A stretch of DNA of 64,000 nucleotides. Source: Candidatus Vogelbacteria bacterium (lineage in GTDB: Bacteria > Patescibacteriota > Minisyncoccia > Phycocordibacterales > XYD1-FULL-46-19). Position 1 is the first letter of the stretch. The number at the start of each line of letters is the position of its first letter. The notes under the pieces were generated by a model. That model searched no databases. It saw only the letters and a program-made list of their open reading frames with translations, and had not been told where the DNA came from. The position numbers were made by a program, and so were the translations under genes. Below, in pieces: positions 37,379 to 47,327 of the stretch. The DNA is taken from assembly GCA_903878275.1 (NCBI GenBank), contig CAIRHC010000007.1, positions 8,727-72,726 on the forward strand. The letters are read 5' to 3'.

Positions 37379-39193
37379 TTGTTTTTTTTACGTTCAAATC
37401 AAAACCTACAATCTACAACCTACAACCTACAAACTAGTTGGGTGTCCGGGTTCACTTTGGTTGAGACGCTGGTGGCGGTGGCGATTTTTGGCATTATTGC
37501 ACTCGCGGTTTACGATGGTTTCGCCAGTGTCAGTGTTTTATCGAATGCGTCTCAATTAAAATCTCAAGCTTTGGCGCTCGCGACCGAGCAGATCGAAGTA
37601 ATACGAAATTTGCCTTATTCTGATGTCGGACTTATTGATGGTTTGCCAGCGGGGAAAATTCCCAATACTCAAAATCTAACACGTGGTGGTAAAACTTTTT
37701 TGGTGACGACGGCTATCCGCAACATCGATGACCCATTTGATGGCACAATCGGTGGTACACCAAACGATCTTAGTCCGGCTGATTACAAACAAGCGGAAGT
37801 TACGGTGGAATGTCAGAGTTGTCGCAATTTTAGTCTGGTTGTTTCGGACACGATTGTTGGGCCTGGTGGTCTGGAGACGAGTACTGGTAATGGCGCTTTG
37901 TTTGTTAAAGTTTTTGATGCCAATGGTCAGCCGGTGATGAATGCGAACGTTCATATTGAAAATCTGACTAATTCTCCCAAGATTATTATCAATGACGTGT
38001 CCGACAAAAATGGTTTGCTCGCGGTTGTTGATGCTCCACCCGGTAATTTTGCTTATAAAATAACTGTCAGTAAAGATGGCTATTCTAGCGCTCAAACTTA
38101 TGCCAGTGGCGAAAATGGTTTGACCAACCCTGCTGATCCCAACGCGACAGTGGTGGCGGGGCAGGTGACGCAAGTCAGCTTGGTGATTGATAAATTGAGC
38201 CAGATCAAAGTGACGGCTTCTAATGCGCTTTGTCAGCCACTTGGACCGTTCAATTTTAGTTTGGCGGGTGATAAGTATTTGTCGGTTGATCCCGCGATTT
38301 TGAAATATCAAAAAGATTTGGTAGTTGATTCTTCCGGCTTGCTTAATTTGACTGGTCTGGAGTGGGGAACCTACACTCTTGAATCAAAAGATAATGTTTA
38401 TGATGTGGCTGGCTCGTTCCCACTTTTTTCGGTACCGGTGGCGCCTGGTTCGACCAACGAAGTGACTTTAGTTTTGACGCCGAAAATTCCCAAAGGGCTC
38501 TTGGTTTCAGTTAAAGATGGCGTGACGGGATTACCTTTGTCTGGTGCCAGCGTGAATTTGTCTGGTGAAAGCACCAACGATACATTGATGACCAACCAAG
38601 GTTTTTTTAATGATACTGACTGGTCGACCGGTTCTTTTGAAACTGATGGCAAAATCGAAACAGTAAGTCCCGCCGGTGAAATTAAATTAAAAAAACCGTT
38701 TGCGGTTTACGAGACGAGCGGGCAATTAATTTCCGGCATTTTTGATACCGGCACCAGCTCGGTTTCGTATTATAATATTTCTTGGACACCGACCGACCAG
38801 GCAACTTCAACTGGTGCTGATGCGGTGCGATTGCAGATTGCTTCAAGCGCCTCGTCGTCGCCAGATTCTTGGGACTTTACTGGGCCAGATGGCACAGCCA
38901 ATACTTTTTATACGGTCGGCAATAGTAATGTCAGCACCAATCATAATGGTCATCGCTATTTGCGCTATAAAGTTTTCTTACGTACGGCGGATGAAAATTT
39001 CACACCAAACGTGTCCGATATCTCTATTACTTACAGTTCGGCGTGTGTGCCGTTTGGACAAGTTTTTTTCAAAGGTCTGGCTAGTGGGACTTATAATTTA
39101 ACCGCCAGTTTATCTGGCTATCAGCCGTTTAATGGGCAAGTCAGTATCGCGAACAACTGGCAAAGTTATGAAATAATTTTAAATCCACAATAG
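37379..39193 (+). CDS. Large prepilin-type protein with beta-sandwich domains
   Basis: G|FTLVETLVAV class III signal; start codon uncertain. Confidence 0.85.
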   Translation: MFFLRSNQNLQSTTYNLQTSWVSGFTLVETLVAVAIFGIIALAVYDGFASVSVLSNASQLKSQALALATEQIEVIRNLPYSDVGLIDGLPAGKIPNTQNLTRGGKTFLVTTAIRNIDDPFDGTIGGTPNDLSPADYKQAEVTVECQSCRNFSLVVSDTIVGPGGLETSTGNGALFVKVFDANGQPVMNANVHIENLTNSPKIIINDVSDKNGLLAVVDAPPGNFAYKITVSKDGYSSAQTYASGENGLTNPADPNATVVAGQVTQVSLVIDKLSQIKVTASNALCQPLGPFNFSLAGDKYLSVDPAILKYQKDLVVDSSGLLNLTGLEWGTYTLESKDNVYDVAGSFPLFSVPVAPGSTNEVTLVLTPKIPKGLLVSVKDGVTGLPLSGASVNLSGESTNDTLMTNQGFFNDTDWSTGSFETDGKIETVSPAGEIKLKKPFAVYETSGQLISGIFDTGTSSVSYYNISWTPTDQATSTGADAVRLQIASSASSSPDSWDFTGPDGTANTFYTVGNSNVSTNHNGHRYLRYKVFLRTADENFTPNVSDISITYSSACVPFGQVFFKGLASGTYNLTASLSGYQPFNGQVSIANNWQSYEIILNPQ

Positions 39194-39195
39194 TT

Positions 39196-39801
39196 ATGAA
39201 AAAAGGTTTTACTTTGATAGAAATTTTGGTAGTGATGGGAATCATCGTTTTAATCGGCGGGGCGATTATGCGTTTTGGTAGTGATATTTTTATCAATAAT
39301 CTTCGTCAGCAAAAAACTTTTAATAACGAAAGTGAAGCCAAATTGGCTTTGAGTCAACTGGTTACCGAATTGCGGACGATGTCCCAGTCAAACACTGGCA
39401 CTTATCCGATTGAAGCCGTTTCGACCAGCTCGCTAATTTTTTACAGTGACATTAATAAAGATAATTTAAAAGAGCGAGTTAGATATTTTCGTGATGGTGT
39501 TGTTTTTAAAAAAGGTTTGGTTGTTCCGACTGGTCAGCCGTATGTTTATAATTTAAGTAATGAAAAAGTTTCGACTTTGATTTCTTCGCTTGCTTCGACG
39601 ACCGAGCCAATTTTTTCTTTTTATGATCATTCTTATGCTGGCAGTACGACGACCGAGGCGCTGGCTGATCCGGTTTCAATTCAAAATATCCGGTTGATTA
39701 AAATTAATTTTTCAGTTGGTAGCACTGATTCATTTGCTAAACCGGTGACGATTAATTTGACCAGTCAGGTGACACCACGGAACTTGAAAGATAATTTGTA
39801 A
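39196..39801 (+). CDS. Prepilin-type minor pilin
   Basis: MKKG|FTLIEILVV. Confidence 0.9.
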   Translation: MKKGFTLIEILVVMGIIVLIGGAIMRFGSDIFINNLRQQKTFNNESEAKLALSQLVTELRTMSQSNTGTYPIEAVSTSSLIFYSDINKDNLKERVRYFRDGVVFKKGLVVPTGQPYVYNLSNEKVSTLISSLASTTEPIFSFYDHSYAGSTTTEALADPVSIQNIRLIKINFSVGSTDSFAKPVTINLTSQVTPRNLKDNL

Positions 39802-39808
39802 AATCAAA

Positions 39809-41281
39809 ATGATAAATAAAAAATTAGAGAATTTAAACCGCCAAAATTTTTCAAGGAAAAATTTTGGCGGTCAAGAAAAAACTCAAGGCTACTTACTAAT
39901 CCAAGTCTTAGTTTTTGGCTCGATTGGCGTGATGATTGTCGGAGCGCTGATTGGTTGGGGGAACACCGCTTTTAAGTTGTCTGATTTTTTGGTTGCTAGG
40001 GAAAGAGCATTTCAGGTTGCCGAAGCTGGCATTGATTATTATCGTTGGCATTTGGCACATTCGCCAAAAGATTTTCAAGATGGCACCGCCACCTCTGGAC
40101 CATACATTCATATTTTCGAAGACAAACTTGGAAATCAGATTGGTAAATTTACTTTAAATATTATTCCACCAATGGTCGGTTCGACTATCGTGACCGTACA
40201 ATCAAATGGTTTGATTGATGGTTATCCGAATGTAAAAAGAACAATCGAAGCCAAATATGCGATTCCGTCACTGGCTAAATATGCGTTTGTTGCTAATTCA
40301 GCGATGCGTTTTGGCGAAGGGACTGAAGTGTTTGGACCAATCCATTCTAATGGCGGGATTCGTTTTGATGGTTTGGCTCACAACTTGGTGACGAGCGCTC
40401 AAGCGAGTTATCACGATCCCGACCAAGATACTGGTTTGGAATATGGCGTGCACACACACAAATTACCAGTTGATACTTTTCCGCCTACTTCGGTGCCGAG
40501 CAGAACGGATGTCTTTGCGACGGGGCGACAATTCCCGGTGCCGGCAGTAGATTTTACTGGTTTTACTGCTGATCTAGCGCAAATCAAAGCTGATGCCAAG
40601 ACGGCGGGTAAATACTTTGCGAGTTCGGGCGGTCTTGGTTATCGTGTTCTTCTAAAAATTGATAAAACTTTTGATTTGTACAAAGTAAATTCTTTTACCT
40701 CGGTCGATCGTAATTGTACAAATAGTGGCAATCAAACCGGTTGGGGGAGTTGGAGCGTCGATCGGGAAACAAAAATTGGCAACTATCCATTTCCGGTTAA
40801 CGGTCTAATCTTCCTGGAGGATAATGTTTGGGTTGAAGGGAAAATTAATGAATCTCGCTTGACGATTGCCTCGGGCGTTTTTCCGGAAAGTGCCAATACG
40901 AATACGAGTATTACGGTCAATAAGGATTTATTGTACACAAATTATGACGGTCGGGATGTTTTATCTTTAATTGCCCAAAATAATATAAATGTCGGCTTGT
41001 TTAGCGATGATGATTTAGAAATTGATGGGGCGCTGGTGGCAAAAACGGGTCGGGTTGGGCGATATTATTACACTAGTAGTTGCGGAAGCTCTTACAAGCG
41101 GTCAAAGCTGACTTTGTTTGGAATGATCGCCACCAATTTGCGTTATGGTTTTGCCTATACTGATGGCACTGGTTATAATGTTCGAAATATTACTTACGAT
41201 GGCAATATGCTCTATGGTCCGCCACCGTCTTTTCCTTTGACCTCGGATAAGTATCAGATTTTATCGTGGAGAGAAATATAG
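39809..41281 (+). CDS. PilX-like minor pilin
   Basis: QG|YLLIQVL; AFQVAEAGIDYYRWHLAH. Confidence 0.8.
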   Translation: MINKKLENLNRQNFSRKNFGGQEKTQGYLLIQVLVFGSIGVMIVGALIGWGNTAFKLSDFLVARERAFQVAEAGIDYYRWHLAHSPKDFQDGTATSGPYIHIFEDKLGNQIGKFTLNIIPPMVGSTIVTVQSNGLIDGYPNVKRTIEAKYAIPSLAKYAFVANSAMRFGEGTEVFGPIHSNGGIRFDGLAHNLVTSAQASYHDPDQDTGLEYGVHTHKLPVDTFPPTSVPSRTDVFATGRQFPVPAVDFTGFTADLAQIKADAKTAGKYFASSGGLGYRVLLKIDKTFDLYKVNSFTSVDRNCTNSGNQTGWGSWSVDRETKIGNYPFPVNGLIFLEDNVWVEGKINESRLTIASGVFPESANTNTSITVNKDLLYTNYDGRDVLSLIAQNNINVGLFSDDDLEIDGALVAKTGRVGRYYYTSSCGSSYKRSKLTLFGMIATNLRYGFAYTDGTGYNVRNITYDGNMLYGPPPSFPLTSDKYQILSWREI

Positions 41282-41351
41282 GGCTCAACTTTTTGCTTTT
41301 AAAAACCACAAAAAATTTCCCCCGAGCGACTTTGTCGCTCGGGGGATGATT

Positions 41352-41549
41352 CTAGCTAATTTTTTGTATTTCACCTTTGGCCACGTATGGGCAAAGTTTT
41401 CCAACTTTTAGCACGGAACAGTGCCGGTGTGTCGTCGGGTCTGGTGTAAAATTGCATAAGCAGAAACACCCAACTAGTTGACCAGCTAAACGATTTATAT
41501 TAATGGTCGGTTCATATTCGCACTTTGTGTGAACAAGGTTTTTGGTCAT
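41352..41549 (-). CDS. Small Cys-rich hypothetical protein
   Basis: GAGGAG RBS before ATG 41549; 6 Cys in 65 aa. Confidence 0.6.
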   Translation of the reverse strand: MTKNLVHTKCEYEPTININRLAGQLVGCFCLCNFTPDPTTHRHCSVLKVGKLCPYVAKGEIQKIS

Positions 41550-41563
41550 TTTTTTCTCCTCAT

Positions 41564-41755
41564 TTAGTCCATCTGGAATGGACAACCTCTGTTCTTGGTA
41601 ATGTGTGGGCACTTAAGATTAATTGGGCAAGAGTACAGTGTTCTCTTGCCGTTCTTGTCGGCTGGTGAAGTGGTGATTGCCACTTGGCCATACTGACAGC
41701 GTACGTACTGGGAATTGATGTGTCGCCGATCAGCGACGGTTGCTGCGTTGCTCAT
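41564..41755 (-). CDS. Small Cys-rich hypothetical protein
   Basis: GGAGG RBS; 4 Cys in 63 aa. Confidence 0.6.
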   Translation of the reverse strand: MSNAATVADRRHINSQYVRCQYGQVAITTSPADKNGKRTLYSCPINLKCPHITKNRGCPFQMD

Positions 41756-41819
41756 AATTTTAACCTCCGTTTGTTGTTAGTGAAATTACTCTTACTTTGA
41801 CAAGGAACAAATTAAATTA

Positions 41820-41949
41820 AACGAAAACCGGTTCGCCGTTGGGCGAACCGGTTTATTCGAAGAATTTTGAAATATCAACGAAATTAACCAATCGCCCGAG
41901 GCGAGTTGGTAAACCAAAAATAAAAACTGGTAATTCGTTGACTTATCAT
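41820..41949 (-). promoter_or_regulatory. Putative leader-peptide attenuator (uORF MISQRITSFYFWFTNSPRAIG, 41949-41884)
   Basis: Promoter TTGCCA-17-TAAACT; alternative hairpins 1:2, 2:3 and 3:4 plus U-tract. Confidence 0.65.
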
Positions 41950-42018
41950 CCTGTTTTTAGTTTAGCAAAAACTTAAATTGATGGCAATGTCCAACAAATT
42001 TTGCTAAAATCTAGACAT

Positions 42019-42789
42019 ATGGCTACAAAAAAAATAATTGCGGGTAATTGGAAAATGAATCCCGTCAGCACAAAAGAAGCATTAGCACTTTATTCGGGGA
42101 TTAAAAAAAATTCAGCTCGCTTAAAACAAACAACCGCGGTAGTTTTTCCGCCGGCGGTATTTTTGGCAACTTTGCGTGATAAAGGTGTAAGTATCAAACT
42201 CGATTTGGGGGCGCAAAATGTTTTTTACGAAGAAATAGGAGCTTTTACGGGGCAAATTTCACCGTTGATGTTGAAAAATGTCGGAGCCAAATGGGTAATT
42301 ATTGGTCACTCGGAAGCTCGGGCGTCTGGTGATACGGATTTAGAAATAAACGTCAAGATTTTGTCGGCGTTAAAAAATGGTTTCAAGATAATTTTGTGTA
42401 TTGGTGAAAAAACTCGTGACGCTCAAGGAAAATATCTCGCGGTTTTGCAAGAGCAATTGGAGAAAGCACTGGTAAATTTTCCGGCTAAGAAACTAGGGCA
42501 GTTGGCTATTGCTTATGAACCGGTTTGGGCGATTGGTAAAGATGCGACTGGCGTAGAAACCCCAGATGGATTTTTACATAATTCAATTGTGATCAAAAAA
42601 ACTTTAAGTCAGATTTTTGACCCTAAAAAGGCAAAAACGGTGCCAATTTTATATGGCGGTTCGGTTGGTGTAAAAAACGCCGAGAGTTTTCTGGTGGCAG
42701 GGCATGCTGATGGTCTTTTAGTGGGACGAGAATCTCTGGATATTGCCAGTTTTAGCGAAATTTTAAAAATTGCAGAAAAGGTAAAATAG
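42019..42789 (+). CDS. tpiA: Triosephosphate isomerase
   Basis: IAGNWKMN, IIGHSE, AYEPVWAIG, LYGGSV. Confidence 0.96.
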   Translation: MATKKIIAGNWKMNPVSTKEALALYSGIKKNSARLKQTTAVVFPPAVFLATLRDKGVSIKLDLGAQNVFYEEIGAFTGQISPLMLKNVGAKWVIIGHSEARASGDTDLEINVKILSALKNGFKIILCIGEKTRDAQGKYLAVLQEQLEKALVNFPAKKLGQLAIAYEPVWAIGKDATGVETPDGFLHNSIVIKKTLSQIFDPKKAKTVPILYGGSVGVKNAESFLVAGHADGLLVGRESLDIASFSEILKIAEKVK

Positions 42790-42857
42790 TCTAGAAAAAG
42801 TTTTAAAAACCGCCAGAACTCACAAGTGAGTTCTGGCGGTGGGCTTTCTGGTCAGCG

Positions 42858-43091
42858 CTAGGCGCTTTCCAGAAAAAATTCTAAAGCGCGCATATCGGCT
42901 TCGACTTTGCAGTCGAGCCGACAAAACGGGCCAGAAGAGTGTTTACTTTTTCTCCGGACAAACCAGGCTTTAGTTTGAGGCGCTATAGGCGCTTCACAAC
43001 AAAGGCAAACCGTCGGCAAACCGACTGGCTTTTTTTCTACTTTGCCAAGCAAAAAGTCTTTTGCCGACTTTCGGCAATTAATTTTAGTCAT
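42858..43091 (-). CDS. Small putative zinc-finger protein
   Basis: AGGAGG RBS; CLCC...FCRLDC. Confidence 0.6.
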   Translation of the reverse strand: MTKINCRKSAKDFLLGKVEKKPVGLPTVCLCCEAPIAPQTKAWFVRRKSKHSSGPFCRLDCKVEADMRALEFFLESA

Positions 43092-43214
43092 TCAATGTCC
43101 TCCTTTCTGTTTTTATACTAACATCTTTTGAAATTTACGTCAAAAAAATTGGCAAGGTTTGGCAAAAAAATGACTGTGCTATAATGAAAGCATTAATAAA
43201 CTAATAAGTAATTT

Positions 43215-44336
43215 ATGAAATTTATCAGACAATTAAAAAAGAAAGATTTATCAGGAAAAACTGTTTTGCTTCGGGCTGATTTTAATGTGCCAATTAAAAA
43301 TGGAAAAGTGGAAGAAGATTATCGTATCGAGCATACTTTGCCGACGATAAATTATTTACAAAAAAATGGTGCGCGAATTATTTTGATGAGCCATTTGGGT
43401 GACGATGGTTCGGCGACCTTGGCACCAGTGGCAAAATATTTAACTAAGTTTTTTCCAACAAAATTAGAAAAAACACTCGAAAAAGATAAAATTTCGGCGA
43501 TTTTAGCTAAAAATGAGGTTGTTTTACTAGAAAATCTTCGTGGCAATGATGGTGAGAAAAAAAATGATTTGGTTTTTGCTAAAAAATTAGCTAGCTTAGC
43601 CGATCTTTACGTTAACGATGCTTTCGCTGTTTGTCACCGAGCTCACGCTTCGGTTGTCGGCGTACCGAAATTTTTGCCAAGCTGTGCTGGTTTTCGTTTA
43701 GAAAAAGAAATCAGTAATTTGGCGAAAGTGTTTAAACCAAAATTACCGTTTGTCGTGATTTTAGGTGGCATAAAATTTCAGACGAAAATTCCGTTGATTA
43801 AAAAATTAGAGAAAAATGCTGATAAAATTTTCTTGGGTGGAGCGCTCGCTAATTCTTTTTATAAAGCCAAAGGTTTTGAGGTCGGGCAATCGACCGCCGA
43901 GGACGAGGTGGCTTATTTGAAACCTTTTTTGAAAAATAAAAAACTGGTTTTGCCAGTTGATGTGGAAGTGCTAAATAAAAAAACCAACAAAAAAGCTTTT
44001 AAAAAGGCAGAAGAGGTGACTAAAGATGAAATGATTGTCGATGTTGGTTCCGAGGGCTTAAAAGCTATTGCCGAAGGGGTGAAAAAAGCCAAAACGATTC
44101 TCTGGAATGGTCCATTTGGTTGGTTTGAGCTTGGTTATAAAAAAGGCACACTGGAAATCGCCAAAATTTTGGCGAGCAGTAAAGCTTTTTCGGTGGTGGG
44201 TGGTGGTGATACCTTGGCGTCAATTAAAACTTTGAAATTGATGGATAAATTTGGTTTTGTCTCGACTGGTGGCGGTGCGATGCTTGATTTTATTGGTAGC
44301 GGGGGAAACTTGCCAGGGATTAAAGCTCTAAAATAA
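43215..44336 (+). CDS. pgk: Phosphoglycerate kinase
   Basis: RADFNVP, LLENLR, VNDAF..HRAHAS, STGGGA. Confidence 0.96.
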   Translation: MKFIRQLKKKDLSGKTVLLRADFNVPIKNGKVEEDYRIEHTLPTINYLQKNGARIILMSHLGDDGSATLAPVAKYLTKFFPTKLEKTLEKDKISAILAKNEVVLLENLRGNDGEKKNDLVFAKKLASLADLYVNDAFAVCHRAHASVVGVPKFLPSCAGFRLEKEISNLAKVFKPKLPFVVILGGIKFQTKIPLIKKLEKNADKIFLGGALANSFYKAKGFEVGQSTAEDEVAYLKPFLKNKKLVLPVDVEVLNKKTNKKAFKKAEEVTKDEMIVDVGSEGLKAIAEGVKKAKTILWNGPFGWFELGYKKGTLEIAKILASSKAFSVVGGGDTLASIKTLKLMDKFGFVSTGGGAMLDFIGSGGNLPGIKALK

Positions 44337-44340
44337 AAAA

Positions 44341-44818
44341 ATGGAAAATAGTAAGAAATTTTTTTGTGGACGAAGAGCGACAATTTCTATTGGATTTTTC
44401 ATGGCTGTTTTCGGTGGTCTGTTGGTTTATTCTGTTTTTTTGGGCAAAACCAATGATTTTTTCGGAGTAATTTTAATGTTCACATTTTTTTCATTAATCG
44501 TTTTTCCGTTATCATATTTTAGTTTTCGTTGGTATGAAGTTTTAGAAAAAGAGATTACGATTAAATATCTTTTTGGCTATCGGACGGAATTTTTTTTTAC
44601 CAAGGTTCTTGGGACGTCGTTTTCCGTCTGTTATTAAGTTGGAAGAAATAAAAACAATAGAAACGTTAAATGCTTACTTTTCGGAGAGCATTTATCGTGA
44701 TTTTGTTAAAATCATCACAAATAATAGGCAGATTTTTTATCTAGTATTTGACAAACAAATAGAAGCGATAAATTTTAAATTTATTGTTGAACAAAATTTA
44801 CTTAAGATGAGAGATTAA
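44341..44818 (+). pseudogene. Membrane protein split by a frameshift in a T9 run
   Basis: ORFs 44341..44637 and 44573..44818 join if T9 at 44590-44598 is read as T8. Confidence 0.55.
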
Positions 44819-45229
44819 GTTTTCTTTAATCGAGATTTGAATATTCTTAAATTCTTGTTCGGTTTCCCCACCTTTGCCTTTCCAGTTTTGGAAACCGTCA
44901 TTTTCAAATCTTGGGACTAGGTGGATGTGAGAGTGGTCGATGAGCTGTCCTCCGGCACGGTTGTTGTTCATAATAATATTCAAACCGTCGGCATTAGTGC
45001 CGATTTTGACGGCTTCGGCTAATTTTTTAATTATTTCGCCAACAAAAGGGAAGATTTCTATCGGCGCATCAAAAATATTTACGAAATGTTTTTTAGGAAT
45101 AATGAGTGTGTGCCCGAGATTGACCGGATTGATGTCTAAGATTGATAAAAAATTTTCATCCTCGTAGACCTTGTAAGCGGGGATTTCCCCAGCGATTATT
45201 TTGCAAAAAAGACAATTATTGTTTTCCAT
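44798..45229 (-). CDS. HIT family protein
   Basis: CLFCKII, GHTLIIPK, HSHIHLVPR. Confidence 0.93.
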   Translation of the reverse strand: MENNNCLFCKIIAGEIPAYKVYEDENFLSILDINPVNLGHTLIIPKKHFVNIFDAPIEIFPFVGEIIKKLAEAVKIGTNADGLNIIMNNNRAGGQLIDHSHIHLVPRFENDGFQNWKGKGGETEQEFKNIQISIKENLISHLK

Positions 45230-45230
45230 A

Positions 45231-45521
45231 TTTACCCGGTTAAATAAGATTTGATACGACGCTTGATAAACATTCGACCGTGGTATGTTTTAAAATATTT
45301 TTCTCGGTGGGTAGCATCATCTCTATTTAAACATGATTCATAGTAGACAAGCAATAGGGGACGGCGATCTTTTGTAGATTCGACTAACCCTCGACAGTGT
45401 TTATCAAATCTTAATTTTAAATCTTTGGTGTAACCAGTGTAGAAATTGTGATCTTTTTGAGATAGTAAAATATAAGTATAAAACATTGATATTTAGATTT
45501 AAAATTATTTAACTGGGTAAA
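45231..45521 (-). mobile_element. Inverted-repeat-flanked GIY-YIG element, copy 1
   Basis: Termini TTTACCC(A/G)GTTAAATA / TATTTAAC(C/T)GGGTAAA. Confidence 0.7.
45232..45486 (-). CDS. GIY-YIG nuclease family protein
   Basis: YTYIL..FYTGYT.DL..R..H..STK..P..LVYYE..A..RE.Y.K. Confidence 0.9.
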   Translation of the reverse strand: MFYTYILLSQKDHNFYTGYTKDLKLRFDKHCRGLVESTKDRRPLLLVYYESCLNRDDATHREKYFKTYHGRMFIKRRIKSYLTG

Positions 45522-45557
45522 TTATAGCTTATCTTGGTGGTGTGCTACAATATTTTA

Positions 45558-47327
45558 ATGTCAATAAAAAAATGGGCGTTAAAAAAGCCAATTAGTAAGA
45601 AAATTGCGGAAAATTTAAAAAATTACCCAGAATTAACGCAAAAATTACTCTTTTATCGGGGGATTAAAACAATTGAAGAAGCGGAAATTTATCTTAATCC
45701 AAATTTTGAGCGAGATGTGCTCGATCCATTTTTATTTGCCGATATGGACAAAGCGGTGGATCGTATTATCGAAGCGATTCATAAAAAAGAAAAAATAATT
45801 ATTTTTGGTGATTATGATGCAGATGGCGTGCCGGGGGCGGCGATTTTGGCATCGTTTTTTGAACGGATTGGGTATTCTGATTTTGATGTTTATATTCCCG
45901 ATCGTCACCTTGAAGCCTATGGTTTGAGCGAAAAAAGTGTCAAACAATTTATTGCGGATAAAATTGATTTGGTGATTACTGTCGATTGTGGGGTGACCAA
46001 TAACGAAGACATTGCTTTGGCGAAAGAAAATGGTTTGGATGTGATTGTGACTGATCACCATCTGACAGGCGAGACTTTGCCAGATGCTGTGGCGATTGTT
46101 GATGCGAAAAGAATCGATGACAAATATCCGTTTAAATCTTTGGCAGGTTCTGGCGTCGCTTTTAAGTTGGTCTGTGCGATTTTGACTCGAGATCGTTTTA
46201 ATGTGCCGGTCGGCTGGGAGAAGTGGCTTCTTGATTTGGTGGCGATTGCGACGGTGTCGGATATGGTGCCCTTGGTTGGCGAGAATCGCGTGCTGACTTA
46301 TTTTGGTCTGAAAGTGCTTCGACAGACGAGGCGACTTGGAATGATTGCTTTACTTCACGAATTGAAAATTAAACCAGAAAATGTAATGGAAGATGATATT
46401 GGTTTCATGATTGGACCGCGGCTAAATTCGGCGGGGCGAATGTCTCACGCCTCGCAAGCTTATTTTTTACTGCAAACAAAAGACGGTATTGAAGCGGTGA
46501 CGATCGCTAAGCATTTGGAAGAAAAAAATAAAGAGCGGAAAGATTCAGTGGATGTCATTTTGCGAGGAGCGGAAGAAAAATTGTTGGGTAAAAATTTGCC
46601 ACCGGTTATTGTGGTCGGGAGTGTCGATTGGAGCTTGGGAGTTTTAGGTTTGACCAGTAGTCGTTTGGTGGAAAAATATAATCGCCCAGTTTTTTTGTGG
46701 GGTAAAAATGGTAACGGCGAAATAAAAGGTTCTTGTCGGTCTGATGGTACGGTTAATTTGGTTGAATTGATGAAAGAAGCCGGCGGGGAAGATTATTTTA
46801 TAAATTTTGGTGGGCACATCATGGCGGGTGGTTTTTCGATTACCGAAGATAAAGTTGGTGAGTTGGCAGAGAGAATAAATAAGGCGTATGAAAAAATAGA
46901 GAAAAAAGACGTAGCCGTGTCTATCGAGGTTGATGAGCAATTAAGTTTGGACGAGGTGACCTGGGATAATTATTATCAAGTGGAAAAACTAGGACCATTT
47001 GGAATAGAAAATACGAAACCGGTTTTTTTGCTGGCGGGGGTTGATATTTTTTCAGCCAAAACTTTTGGTAATGGCGGAATTCATTTGGAATTGGCTTTTA
47101 AGAACAGTAAAGGCAAAGTCATTCCGGCAATTGGTTTTTTTGTTTGCCCGCCAAGTTTGGTTGGCGAAAATTTTGATGGTCAAAATGGGCATCATTTTCC
47201 CGAAGTTAATCTGACCGCTGGTCAGAAAGTAGATATTTTAGTGAATTTGGAAAAATCAACATTTAAGAATTTCCCCGAACTCCGGATGAGGATTGTCGAC
47301 ATTAAAAAAGTTCACCCAGTTAAATAA
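45558..47327 (+). CDS. recJ: ssDNA exonuclease RecJ
   Basis: GDYDADG, TVDCG, TDHH, GPRLNSAGR, GSCRS, GGH. Confidence 0.95.
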   Translation: MSIKKWALKKPISKKIAENLKNYPELTQKLLFYRGIKTIEEAEIYLNPNFERDVLDPFLFADMDKAVDRIIEAIHKKEKIIIFGDYDADGVPGAAILASFFERIGYSDFDVYIPDRHLEAYGLSEKSVKQFIADKIDLVITVDCGVTNNEDIALAKENGLDVIVTDHHLTGETLPDAVAIVDAKRIDDKYPFKSLAGSGVAFKLVCAILTRDRFNVPVGWEKWLLDLVAIATVSDMVPLVGENRVLTYFGLKVLRQTRRLGMIALLHELKIKPENVMEDDIGFMIGPRLNSAGRMSHASQAYFLLQTKDGIEAVTIAKHLEEKNKERKDSVDVILRGAEEKLLGKNLPPVIVVGSVDWSLGVLGLTSSRLVEKYNRPVFLWGKNGNGEIKGSCRSDGTVNLVELMKEAGGEDYFINFGGHIMAGGFSITEDKVGELAERINKAYEKIEKKDVAVSIEVDEQLSLDEVTWDNYYQVEKLGPFGIENTKPVFLLAGVDIFSAKTFGNGGIHLELAFKNSKGKVIPAIGFFVCPPSLVGENFDGQNGHHFPEVNLTAGQKVDILVNLEKSTFKNFPELRMRIVDIKKVHPVK

